Positions 1 to 17,529 of a stretch of 64,000 bases of DNA are shown here, piece by piece (positions within the stretch are counted from its first letter, which is position 1; each line of letters begins with the position of its first letter). This stretch comes from the human T2T-CHM13v2.0 reference genome, Homo sapiens: the NCBI RefSeq assembly GCF_009914755.1, contig NC_060927.1; one strand, 5' to 3'. The notes below the pieces were generated by a model. The model did not search any database, had not been told where the DNA came from, and saw only the letters and a list, made by a program, of their open reading frames with translations. A program made the translations under genes and the position numbers.

Positions 1-85
1 CAATTCAGGTAGAAACAAGGCTAAGTGATTAAAAGAAAAGGAAAGTCTAAGAACAAAGTTAATAAAAACAAGGTTAGGCATTACA
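1..85 (-). mobile_element. 5' end of an ERV1 LTR (LTR6-like), cut by the window edge
   Basis: Reverse complement begins TGTAATGCCTAACCTTGTTTTTATTAAC...TTAATCACTTAGCCTTGTTTCTACCTGAATTG. Confidence 0.6.
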
Positions 86-280
86 GATGGGGTTATCCTT
101 ATATTCAGCACAGTGTTTGTTCTGAAACTTCGATGGAGTGCTCCTAGTTTGATAACTTGGACCATGCCAAATAAATTGAATTTATCTTTCTTAACAACAG
201 ATGTTTGAATACAGCCTCGTGTCCCTCTCTGCTCCTTCCTGCCTTCCTCCTCTCCTCTTCCTTCCCTTCCTTTTCAAAAG

Positions 281-1395
<1,115 letters not shown>

Positions 1396-2455
1396 TCTAG
1401 ATTTTTTTTTTTTTTTTTGACCATTGATTATTTGGTTTGACTTTCATTTTCTTCCCCATTGTGGTAGTCATTTTCTGAATGCCTGTTTGTTTGTCCATCT
1501 CTTTCCTCTGTAGTCCCTAGAGTCAGATGAACTCCTCTGCAGGTGCAATGGTGTAACACACTCTAGTGCTGAATTTTGAGCAGGAGAAAGAGAGCAAGAG
1601 TGACCAGTACCCTTGGAAACTCTGGCCTCCTGAGAATTTGGTGTCTTCTCTGCAAAGGTTGCAAACCTGTTAACCCACAGGCCGGAGAGAGAGACAAGCC
1701 AGAATCATGATCTGTTAAGCTTGAGTTTAATATTTGATGCACAGAGATCACTGAGTTTTTTGATAAGAATTAGAGGGGGAAGAAATGGCCACAGAGATCA
1801 CTTTCTATCTCCAGGTGAGGATTCAGGAGATAATTCTGCGAACAGAAATTCCTGAGAACTGAGATGGGGGAAATCGCTGGTATTAGAAGGGTGAAAAGGT
1901 CAGTAATTAAGGCTACGACTGTGCTCTTAGAGGCAAAAGAAGAAAATGAGACTGCCAGGCATGAATAATGAGAAATCTTTGATGGAATTAGCCATGCAGA
2001 ACAGATACTAAATGCATCCTCATTCTTCTCATAGTCAAAAGTTTTTGCTTAAGCTGGATGGGAAAAAGAGAATCCCATTTCACTAAGTATAAAAGAGGGG
2101 ATTTTAGAGAAGGTCTCAGAAGAAAGAGATGTGGCGGTTTGGTGAAACTCACCAGAGGCTGAACCCTCTCCAGCATAACACAGGGATTGGGAGGAGCGGG
2201 GAAGCATTAGGCCAGGTGCATAGCCCAGTGCTGCTCTCTCTGGACTTTCTGCTCTCTCTGGACTTGTTTGCTAGCTGAGCTCATCCATTTGCATAATTTT
2301 CAGTGCCATTTCTCAGCTGATGAGTCCTGAACTTTTGTCTTGAGGCTAGACTTCTCCTTCAAACAGCAGTCTTAAACACTCAACTTCTTTCTTGTTTTTT
2401 CCACTTGTCAACTCATGAACAACTCAACCTTGTTAAATCCAAAGCCAAACTCATG

Positions 2456-2573
2456 GCTTGGAGTGGTAGGTGATGGCTGTAATCCCAGTGCTATGGGAGG
2501 CTGAGGTGGGAGGATTACTTGACGTCAGGAGTTTGAAGCCAGCCTGGAAAACACAGTGAGACTCCCTATCTCC

Positions 2574-2604
<31 letters not shown>

Positions 2605-2775
2605 TAGGCATGGTAAAGTGCATCTGTAGGATCTGTAGTCCTGTTACATGGCAGGCTGAGGCAGGAGGATCACTTGAGCCCAGGAGTTTGAGGCTGCAAA
2701 GAGCTATGATTGCACCAATGCACTCCAGCCTCGGTGACAGAGCCAGAGTCCCTGTCTTAAAAAAAAAAACAAAAG
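2456..2775 (+). mobile_element. AluJ-type SINE
   Basis: GAGGATCACTTGAGCCCAGGAGTTTGAGGCTGCA (J-type right arm) and an expanded middle A-tract. Confidence 0.85.
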
Positions 2776-2829
2776 CAAAACTCTTTTTCCTCCTCCTTCT
2801 CCATGGGCTCTGTCCATGCCATCTCTGTT

Positions 2830-4690
2830 CTGTAAATGGCACCATCCCCTGCTGAGCTGCTCAAGGTGGTCATAACTCATGTGTTGTGCTAACTCTGCTT
2901 TTGCCCTCTTCTCCAGTCAGAAGTCCTGTGATTCTAAACTTTATCCAACTTGTCCACTCTCTCTATCTTAACTGTCATTATCTTTGCCTAGGACACTGCT
3001 ATCCCAGCTGGGCTACAGCAGCAGCCTCCTAACTGGTCTTAACTGGTCCTCTGCACCTGCTCTCCATGCTCAGCAATCCATTTCCTACCTAGCAGCTTCA
3101 GTGATCTTAAGGTGTCCATTGAGTCTCATCCCTGCCTTTCCTGCCCATGGCACATAGAGTCTTCTGCCTGTTCCTGCCACCTCTCCAGCTCTCTCCTATC
3201 TCCTCCCCTTGGCCTACTCTATTTCAGCCACTCTGGCCTCCTTTTGTTTTCTTCGATTTTCAAACCTCTCTCCACGACAGGGCCTTTGCACTTGCTGCTT
3301 CAGCCTGGAATGATTTTCCTCTGCACCTCCCCAAATTAGACCATCCTTTAGGTCTCAGCTAAAATGATGCTTCCAGACAGCTCTTTCCTGACCCCTTTAT
3401 AAAGTGGACTTCCCTGCTCTTCTCCACCTTAACCTCATTATTTCTTGTTGCGGGAACTCAGGGACCCCAAATGGAGGGACTGGCTGAAGCCATGGCAGAG
3501 GAACATAAATTGTGAAGATTTCATGGATATTTATCAGTTCCCAAATAATACTTTTATACTTTCTTATGCCTGTCTTTATTTTAATCTCTTAATCCTGTTA
3601 TATTCATAAGCTGAGGATGTACATCACCTCAGGACCACTGTGATAATTGTGTTAACTGTACAAATTGATTGTAAAACGTGTGTTTCAACAATATGAAATC
3701 AGTGCACCTTGAAAAAGAAGAGAATAACAGCAATTTTTAGGGAACAAGGGAAGACAACCATAAGGTCTAACTTCCTGCAGGGTTGGGCAAAAAGAGCCAT
3801 ATGTTTCTTCTTGCATGGAGTCTATAAATGGACGTGCAAGTAGGACAGACATTGCTAAATTCTTTTCCTAGCAAGGAATATTAATATTAATACCCTGGGA
3901 AAGGAATGCATTCCTGGGGGGAGGTCTATCAATGGCTGCTCTGGGAATGTCTGTCTTATGCAGTTGAGATAAGGACTGAGATACGCCCTGGTCTCCTGCA
4001 GTACCCAAAGGCTTACTAGGGTGGGGAAAAACTCTGCCCTGGTAAATTTGTGGTCAGACTGGTTCTCTGCTCTCAAACCCTGTTTTCTGTTGTTTAAGAT
4101 GTTTATTAAGACAATACATGCACCACTGAACATAGACCCTTATCGGTGGTTCTGCATTTGCCCTTTGCTTTGTGATCTTTGCTGGACCTTTATCAGTAGT
4201 TCTGCTTTTGCCCTTTGTCCTGTTCCCTCAGAAGCATGTGATCTTTCTTAGACCCTTAGTAGTAGTTCTGCTTTTTGCCCTTTGAAGCATATGATCTTTG
4301 TACCTACTCCCTGTTCTTACAGCCCCTCCCATTTTGAAACCCTTAATAAAAACTTGCTGGTCTGAGACTCAGCAGGCATCACGGACTTACTGATATGTAG
4401 TGTCACCCTCAGCGGCCCAGCTGTAAAATTCCTCTCTTTGTAGTGTCTCTCTTTATTTCTCAGCTGGCTGACACTTAAGGAAAATAGAAAGAACCTATGT
4501 TGAAATATTGGGGGCAGGTTCCATCAATAGTTCTTTCATGGATTTACTTATTTTTTGTCTCCCTCCATACCCTAGAAACTCCTGGAGGGCAGAGCTGTGT
4601 CTGCCATCTTCATCATTGCATTACCACCACCCAGCACAGTGCCTGGCACAAAAGAGTTGCTCAATAAATAAATCCGGATGAATGGATAAA
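2830..4690 (+). mobile_element. L2 LINE remnant, interrupted by a MER11 LTR
   Basis: CAGGGCCTTTGCACTTGCTG...GCCTGGAATG and the L2 3' end CAGCACAGTGCCTGGCACA...CTCAATAAATA. Confidence 0.6.
3446..4529 (+). mobile_element. MER11 (HERV-K HML-8) solo LTR
   Basis: Starts TGTTGCGGGAACTCAGGGACCCC...GGCTGAAGCCATGGCAG; ends GAAATATTGGGGGCAGGTTCCATCAATA; about 1.08 kb. Confidence 0.88.
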
Positions 4691-5038
4691 TACATGGATA
4701 GGCACTTTGAACTACAGATGAGTTTAAATACTTTGTGTTTTTCTTAGTCAAACATGTGCAATTAAGCATGTGATAAATGATATGATGACCACACCTGTGT
4801 CTTGCCTGATGTTCTTTGCAATCACTAAATGAAGTCAATTGTGCCTGTTTTGACAGTTCTGTTTTCAACCTAATGATCTGTTTCTTTTAACTTCTGGCTG
4901 TTGGCTTTCTTTGGGTTTGTTAGCCTGACAAAGTGGCAGATATTGGTATTTGCTCTTTTGTTTAAATGTCATGAACTTTAAAAATGCCTTTGCTTTTGGT
5001 AAGAAACCCTAGTTAGGACAGTCTAGCGGTCAGGATGA

Positions 5039-5404
<366 letters not shown>

Positions 5405-5824
5405 TGAGGCTTATTCTTGGTCACGTTGCATGTCTGGGCTGTGTTAGGGCATTGTGGAGTGGTCTGTTCATTGTGTTCACTCAGGGATCCAGGCTGACAA
5501 AAGCCCCATCTCTGCATGTGTCCTTGATCTCCACTTCAGGGGAAAGGGAATGTGGTGGATCACACAGCCTCTTAACACTTCCACCTGGAGGTGACTCAAG
5601 TTGCTCTTGCTCATGGTTCATTGGACAAAACAGATCACAGAGACATGGACAACTTCTCTGTGCCTGGAAGGGGAATCAAAATATGAATAGCTACATTGAT
5701 TTTCCCTAGCTATTACACAGAAGGCCTCATTTAAACACAGTTACTTATTTGTGTTTTGAAGCTAATTGTTGTCCATCAAACTTCACAGAAGATATGTGCA
5801 CTTCCAAGTTATTATTAAGCACAA

Positions 5825-6125
5825 TTTTTTTTTTTTTTTTTTTTTGAGACAGAGTCTCACTCTCTTGCCCAGGCTGGAGTGCAGTGGCATGATCATGGAT
5901 CACTGCAACTTATGCCTCCTGGATTCAAGTGATTTTCATGCCTCAGCCTCCCAAAGTGCTGTGACTACAGACACCCACCACTGCGCCTGGCTAAGTTTTG
6001 TATTTTTAATAGAGATGGGGTTTCACCATGTTGGCCTGGCTGGTCTGGAACTCCTGACCTCAGGTGACCCACCTGCCTTGGCCTCCCAAAGTGCTGAGAT
6101 GACAGGCATGAGCTGCCACGCCCAT
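5825..6125 (-). mobile_element. AluS
   Basis: Poly-T followed by the Alu dimer consensus. Confidence 0.9.
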
Positions 6126-6265
6126 CCTTGAGTATGATTTTTGATTGGGAAGATCAGGGTTAGGGTTTTAGTCTGAGGACAGTATGATGTGAAGGTGAAA
6201 AGCAGAGCTTGGCTGTGAGTTTGCTGGGATGCCTGTGCTGCTTCTACAGTTCTTTGGCTGTGTGA

Positions 6266-6699
<434 letters not shown>

Positions 6700-7066
6700 T
6701 CAAAAATACTATTATTAATTTTGGGGGGTAGTTACTATATTTTGTGAAAATCAGAGTTCAGTACCTTGTAACACTGGGTTGGGATCTATCCCTGAAGGAA
6801 CAGGCTTCCAAAGAGGAAGGCATGGAGAGAGGGGCAAAATTTCAGTGTATGTTGTAATGACTTTAGGTATATGGACCTGGGGCTAAGTTCTAGCTGGGGC
6901 CACCAGGTGGCAAGGTGGACTTTGCTAAATTCTATCACTTTCCTGGGCCTGAGACTCACTTGTTACAAATGGGGTTAAAGCATCCCTCTTTCAGGGCTAA
7001 GATAAAGATGATTAAGTAAGAGGGAATGAAAGTAACTTCCATCAACTGTCAAAAGTATTCGTTTAA

Positions 7067-7361
7067 ATTTTTTTTTTTTTTGAGATGGAGTCTCTCTCTG
7101 TTGCCCAGGTTGGAGCGCAGTGGCATGGTCCCGGGTCACTGCAACCTCCACCTCCTGGGTTCAAGTGATTCTCCTGCCTCAGCCTCCTGAGTAGCTGGGA
7201 CTTCAGGTGCATGCCACCACGCCTGGCTAATTTTTATATTTTTAGTAGAGACGGGGTTTCACCATGTTGGCCAGGATGGTCTCCATCTCTTGCCCTTGTG
7301 ATCCACCCACCTTAGCCTCCCAAAGTGTTGGGATTACAGGCGTGAGCCACCACGTCCGGCC
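7067..7361 (-). mobile_element. AluS/Y
   Basis: Alu dimer consensus. Confidence 0.9.
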
Positions 7362-7374
7362 CATTTAACTTCTA

Positions 7375-7950
7375 TATTACTTTCCTATTGGTGGATTTAC
7401 CAGTGCAAACTGAGCAGCTTAAAACACCACCCAGTTATTATCTGTTTTCATGAGCCAAGGGTCTGGGCAGGGTTTAACTGGGTCTTCTATTCAGGGTCAC
7501 AATACGGCAACCAGAGTGTCAGTTGGAGCTGGGGTCTCATCGGATGCTCAGTGTCTTCTTCCAAGCTTATTCAGTCTGTGAACTGAATTCGATTACTTAC
7601 AATTGTTGAATGAAGGCCCTCAACTCCTAGAGCTGCCACCTCCAAAGACAGCTCACAGCATGGCCATTTGTGTCTCCTTGGAGGCTAAGGGTTCAATCTC
7701 TGAAACTTCACCTTTAAAAGATTCACCTGATTAGGTCTGGCCCACCTAAGATCATCCTGCTTTGGATGAACTCAAAGTCAGCTGAGCAAATGTGCTTAAC
7801 AAAGCAAGTGTGACCATAATCACATTTGCAAAATTCCTTCCTCTTGGTCAAATCACAAGCTCTGCACACACTCAAGAAGAGGAGATGATACAGGGAGCAG
7901 ATATAAGGGAGTGGGTCTCTTGGGGGCTGTCCTAGAACTCTGCCCATTAC
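7375..7950 (-). mobile_element. MLT1-type MaLR LTR remnant
   Basis: GCTTAAAACACCACCCAGTTATTATC...CACCTGATTAGGTCTGGCCCACC...ATCACATTTGCAAAATTCC. Confidence 0.55.
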
Positions 7951-8081
7951 AACTTCCTTTCTCGAGGAACAGCAGGCCTGGGGAGAGATGATCACAGATG
8001 AGCGCAGCCCACAGGTGGTGAGTGCCTGGTGCTGGGGTAGGATGCAGGAGGCTGTGAAGCAAGTATGAAAAGCCTTCTCTG

Positions 8082-8240
8082 GGCTGGGTGCAGTGGCTCG
8101 CGCCTGTAATCCCAGCACTTTGGGAGGCCGAGGTGGGTGGATCAGGAGGTCAAGAGATCGAGACTATCCTGGCCAACCAACATGGTGAAACCCCGTCTCT
8201 ACTAAAAATAAAAAAATTAGCTGGGCATGGTGGTGCATGT
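8082..8240 (+). mobile_element. Alu left arm, truncated
   Basis: GGCTGGGTGCAGTGGCTCGCGCCTGTAATCCCAGC..., ending abruptly early in the right arm. Confidence 0.85.
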
Positions 8241-8244
8241 CTCT

Positions 8245-8372
8245 AACAACCCAGCTCCTCAAGTGAGCAATTCCTGTCCCTTTTAAGGGCTCACAACTCT
8301 AAGGGGGTCTACATGAGGGGGTCTTGATCTATTGACCAAGCAGGGAGTACGTGACTGGGGGCTGCATTCAGC
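8245..8372 (-). mobile_element. ERV1 LTR2-like (HERV-E type) fragment
   Basis: Reverse complement contains TGCAGCCCCCAGTCACGTAC...TTAGAGTTGTGAGCCCTTAAAAGGGACAGGAATTGCTCAC. Confidence 0.65.
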
Positions 8373-8403
8373 AAACCCCATGTCTACTAAAAATACCAAA
8401 ATT

Positions 8404-9373
<970 letters not shown>

Positions 9374-9374
9374 A

Positions 9375-9815
9375 CCTACGACTTTCTTATAACCAAGAGA
9401 ATATGGCAGAGGTGATGGGATGTAGTGATTATGTTAGATAGGATGTTAAGTTGTCTGGCTAGGAGGCTGTCTGTCTTGCTGGCTTTGAAGATGTGAGCTG
9501 CCATGTCATGAGCGGCCAGATGGAGAGGCCCATTTGGCAAAAAGCTGAGGGCATCAACAAACTGGGGCCCTGAGTCCAGCAGCCTGCAAGGAACTGAATG
9601 CTGCCAACAACCAGATGAGCCTGGAAGCAGATCAATCACCAGTCAAGCCTCCAGATGAGAACTGAGCCCTGGCTGACACTATGGTTGCAGCCTTGCACTG
9701 AACCCAGCTGAGTCACGCCTGGATTCCTGACCCACAGAAACCATGCAGTGATAACTGTCTGCTGTCTCAAGCCACAAAGTTTGCAGTAATATTGTTGCAC
9801 AGCAATAGATAACTA
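9375..9815 (+). mobile_element. MLT1-type MaLR LTR
   Basis: GGAACTGAATGCTGCCAACAACC...CCTGGCTGACAC...TTCCTGACCCACAGAAAC...GCAATAGATAACTAATA. Confidence 0.65.
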
Positions 9816-10088
9816 ATATAAAAACTGTCCTACATCATGTACATTACTGAGCGAAATGTAGAACCTGGATTTGAGCTCTGATTTCAGAGGTGTGGTCTCA
9901 GTCTCCCCAGGGAGACCTGTCCTGGGAGACAGTTATGCCAGGCTGTGATGCTGTGTTGATTGTTCTCTTCCTACCCAGAAGCTTTCAATAGGCATGTCAA
10001 GCATGTGACCCTAGCTACATATACCAAATGTATTTCTGACAAATGCCAGGACATCGTGAGCTTTCTTGTTTTACTGAGAGCTCCATAA

Positions 10089-10460
<372 letters not shown>

Positions 10461-10688
10461 TGAAAGGAAAGAGCAAACACAGGGGAAACATAGGGGTGTT
10501 CAGAAATAGTTCCCAGGTTACTGCCTGTTTCAATATGTACAGTCCTCGGCCCCACCCACAAGATTCTGACTTGGCAGGTCAGAGTTGGAGACGGGGGAGC
10601 TACCTGGTTACGAGGGATCCCAGTTCATTTTGAGGCAGCTGGTTGTTAGACTGCATTGTAAAAATTACCCCCCAAAGATGTGAAGGGA

Positions 10689-10885
<197 letters not shown>

Positions 10886-11514
10886 TCAGTATCATTAAAT
10901 ACATTCACAATGTTAAGCAATCATCATCTCTGTCTAGTTCCAAAACATTTTCATTAACACCCCCCGCCCCCCCAAAAAATAACCCTGTATCCAATCAAGC
11001 ACTCTCCATCCCCTCCCCTTTCCCCCAGTTCCTGGCAACCACTTACCTGCTTTCTGCCTCTACAGATTTGCCTATTCTGGACCTTTCACATAAATGGAAT
11101 CATGTAATATATATAATAACCAAAAGGTAGCAACAACAAAGATGGTCATTTGGTTGATGAATGAATAAACAAAATGTGCTGTATCCATACAATGAAAGTA
11201 TTGGTGCCTACTACATGTGGATGGACCTTGGAAACATCATGCTGAGTGAGAGAGAGCCTTGGTATTGTCTCATCTCCCCAGGAGATTCCAAGGTGCAGCC
11301 AAGGTTGAGACCCACTGACAAGCAATGGATATGGTTGGGTGCAGATGAAATAAGGCAGCCAGGGGCAGGAGGGATGTCTCATTGAAGATGACTGTTTGTG
11401 GATGCCTAGCAGGGGTGGGGATGAGGGATGATAACAGCAACCCCAATCTCAACACAGCGTGACCGATTTTATCTTCAGCCAGCTGATACGCCTCATGGGA
11501 TTTGGACACATGAC

Positions 11515-11754
<240 letters not shown>

Positions 11755-11851
11755 TGACTTTCCACCTCCAGAAAATCCAAACGTTTGCCCTAGTCACAGT
11801 GGGACACCCCGGAGTTAATTTGAGAGAAATGTGCTTTTAAAAACAACTCCA

Positions 11852-12148
11852 GGCCAGGCGCAGTGGCTCACGCCTATAATCTTAGCACTTTGGGAGGCCG
11901 AGGCGGACGGATCACGAGGTCAGGAGATCAAGACCATCCTGGCTAACACGGTGAAACCCCGTCTATACTAAAAATACAAAAAATTAGCCGGGCGTGGTGG
12001 CACATGCCTGTAAGCCCAGCTACTCGGGAGGCTGAGGCAGGAGAATCGCTTAAACCAGGGAGTCAGAGGTTGCAGTGAGCCGAGAGCGCGCCACTGCACT
12101 CCAGCCTGGTGACAGAGAGAGATTCCGTCTCAGAATAAATAAATAAAA
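11852..12148 (+). mobile_element. AluSc/Y
   Basis: Alu dimer with a (TAAA)n tail. Confidence 0.9.
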
Positions 12149-13218
12149 CCCTCCGATATGAACACCAAACTAGAATCACTCCATTGACTTCCCTCCACCA
12201 ATCAGAGGGAGTGATGGTGATGGTGCATGAGTGTCTATTTGCATTGAGTCTTAATGGAAAATAAGGTTGTGTCACTCAAAGGAAAAACAAATCACAGCCC
12301 AGACTGGAGCTGTGGATGAATAACATGGCTGAGTGTTGGTACAGGCTTTCCACAGCAATATTAAAACTGAAAAAATCAGCAATGAAGCTCCCAGCCACAT
12401 TTCTGCCTAATGATTTGGGGGAAAACAACAGAGGCACTCCTCAACTTTTCCTTCGCTGCACAAAGTGGGTTTGGCTGGAAATGCCAAATGTGCTTGTTGC
12501 TGGGATCTTTCAAATGAAAGCAAGCTGGGAGTCAACCTCCTGCAGCCACAGTCCAGAAATGGGTTGAGACCAAACTATTATACTCACACTGATGCACATC
12601 TAAACAGATTTAACTCCCTCACAGCAATCCAGATTAATTTAATATGCTTTCTTAATGGCATTCCGCATTTCTCATTAAAGCAAATGAACGTCCATCCCTC
12701 TGTGATAAATTAGGTCAAAAAACATTCATATATTTAGGGCACAGGGAAGGAGGAGTTGTTGGCTGTTAAAAAAAAAAAAAAAGTCCTGCAAATGGACTTT
12801 CAAAGTCTAGACATCTTCATCATCAACACAAACACTCCTCTTCACAAAGGGACCTCAAGTAACCTTAGGCTGGAGGGCCCACCTGCTTATGTTTTTCTTT
12901 CTTCTCATTCTTTCCTACCTTCCCTCCAGCCCACACAACTCACATTCAGTGACCAAGTCACGTGGGTTTTACCTCCTAAATCTTTCTCATATCCTTCACT
13001 GCTCAGCCACTCTCCTGACACCACCATAAACCAAGCCACCATCACCTCCAGCTGTTTGACTGCAAATGCCTCCAGACTGGCCTCTGCTTTTCCCTGGCCC
13101 TGTGACAATCTGCATTCCTCACAGGGACCAAAGCAATCACTTCAGAAGGTGCATCCAAACAGATCACTCAACTTTCAATGGCTCCCTCTGCTGTGTGGGT
13201 TAACAATGATAAAAGCTC

Positions 13219-13553
<335 letters not shown>

Positions 13554-13709
13554 TCAGTCCATCCCTACATCAGCCCTTTATTTCACCAGTGGGGAAGCTG
13601 GGACAGAGAGTAGTTACGTGGGATGCCCAAGGTGGGACCACTCGTGTGAAGTTTCCACACCCTAATGTGAGACCCTCCATGACCTAGCCCCTCTCTTTCT
13701 CCAGCCTCA

Positions 13710-14067
<358 letters not shown>

Positions 14068-14219
14068 CAGTCCCTTACATCTGCTCTATGCCTATCAACC
14101 TCAGGGACTTTACTATGGTGTTCCTCACCCTGAAATGCTGTTCCTCATTTCTCCACATAGTGAACTCATCCCACCCCCTACGCCTCTCCTTAAGTGTCAT
14201 CTCTTCAAGGAAGATTTTA

Positions 14220-14965
<746 letters not shown>

Positions 14966-15378
14966 GCCAGACTGTGTAAGAAAGAAAGCCTTTCCTCACC
15001 CTGTGAGACTGAGCTCCCTCTCTCCATTTATACGTTCTCTTTATGCCCTTTGCTTCTCTTTCAGAGCAATTCACGTTGACCTGGGTCACCCTCAACTTAA
15101 GGCTCATAACTCCCCTAGATCCTCAGGGCCCACACTAAATGTGATGAAATATGATGGAAGCCACATATTTACTTTTGCATTTTGTAGTAACCACATTTTA
15201 AAAAGTAAAACAAAAGAAGTGAAGGTAATTGGAATAATATCACAGATTTAAACAAATCTATCCGAAATACCAGGTCTACAAGTATAAAATATTTTAACAT
15301 TAACAAAATACTTTGCTTTCTTTTTACATTAAGTCTTCACAGTCTAATGTGTATTTGACACTTCTTGCACATCTCAGA

Positions 15379-16180
<802 letters not shown>

Positions 16181-17529
16181 ACGAGATGTGGGGCTGCCAC
16201 ACGCAATATCGTGCATTAAAGGGATCTTCTACTCTGGAGGAAAATATCTTTGCTGATGCCAGACCAACCTAACACAAAGACCTTTTGGTTTTTTAATGTG
16301 ACTGTGTTTTATTTTACAATGTGTAATTCACTTTAGAAGGGCAAAGTACCTGTCTGGGGAAGACTATTTAATTTCCTGCATTTATTTAGAATATTGGCTA
16401 ATGTTATTCTGAAGGGAAATATCTCTAACAAGTGAGTGCCCCCCACATAGACACAGCTCATGAGCTCACGGGGCAAAGGAATTGAACAGCAGCCTCCTAA
16501 TAGCTAGCCTTCTTTGTGGTATGGAAATAATTATCAGTATGTAAAAGACTATATATATATTCAACAATTCTGACCCCCTGCAAAATTCAAATCTACAATT
16601 GATTTGTTTCCTGGGCCCCTGAAAACAACTTTGTCAAAATTGTTCAGAAATAAAATCAGCCAATCGTTGCCCCTTGGGGACGCAGGACAAAGCAAATCAG
16701 CCATGACCAATGTGGAGTCGGCCGTACACAATTACATGCAGACCTGCAGGACATCGAGTCCCTGCTATGGTCCCTCCGCAGTCAGGCCCCCATTGCCTGG
16801 GCTGCAGCCAGAAGCATTCAGGCACAAGTGCATTCAACAAATACTTATTTAATTGTATTGGTGGTTAGAGGGTTGCAGTTGATTAAGGTACATTAATGGA
16901 TCCATGTCCTCCCTGTAACCAAGACTCTGCCATTTGTCTCTGCAGCTCCTCCCACTGAAGAATTGGAGTATATTTCTCCAGCCCCTAATGTTGGGTTTAG
17001 TCATGTGTCTAGCTTTGGCCACTGGAATATTAATCTGCATGACCAAAAACTTGGAATGTATGCATTCATTTGTGCTCACTCGCTCCTGCTATCACCATGA
17101 GAACAAGCCCAGGCCAGCCTGCTGCTTCCAGCAGAAGATAAGAGACACCAAGAGCAAAGCAGAGTTTCCCAGACATGCTCATGCTAGATTAACCAATCCT
17201 CAGCTGACCCATAGATCCATGAAAATAAATGACTGTTGTATTAAGCCTGGGTGACAGAGTGAGACTCCATTGCTTAAAAAAGAGAAAAAATATTTCCCAG
17301 ATAAGCAAAAGACTGTTTGTTTGTGTCTTGTTTGTTGTGGTCCTACAAAAAATGCTTAAGGGAGTCCTACACTGGGAAGCAAAAGAACAATATCTACCAT
17401 CATGAAAATACATGAAAGTATAAAACTCATGGTAGTGCAGACACACAAAGGAGAAAGGATTCAAACGTCACCATTAAAGAAAACCACCAAACTGCAACAA
17501 TAAATAATGAGAGAAAAAAGGAACAAAGG

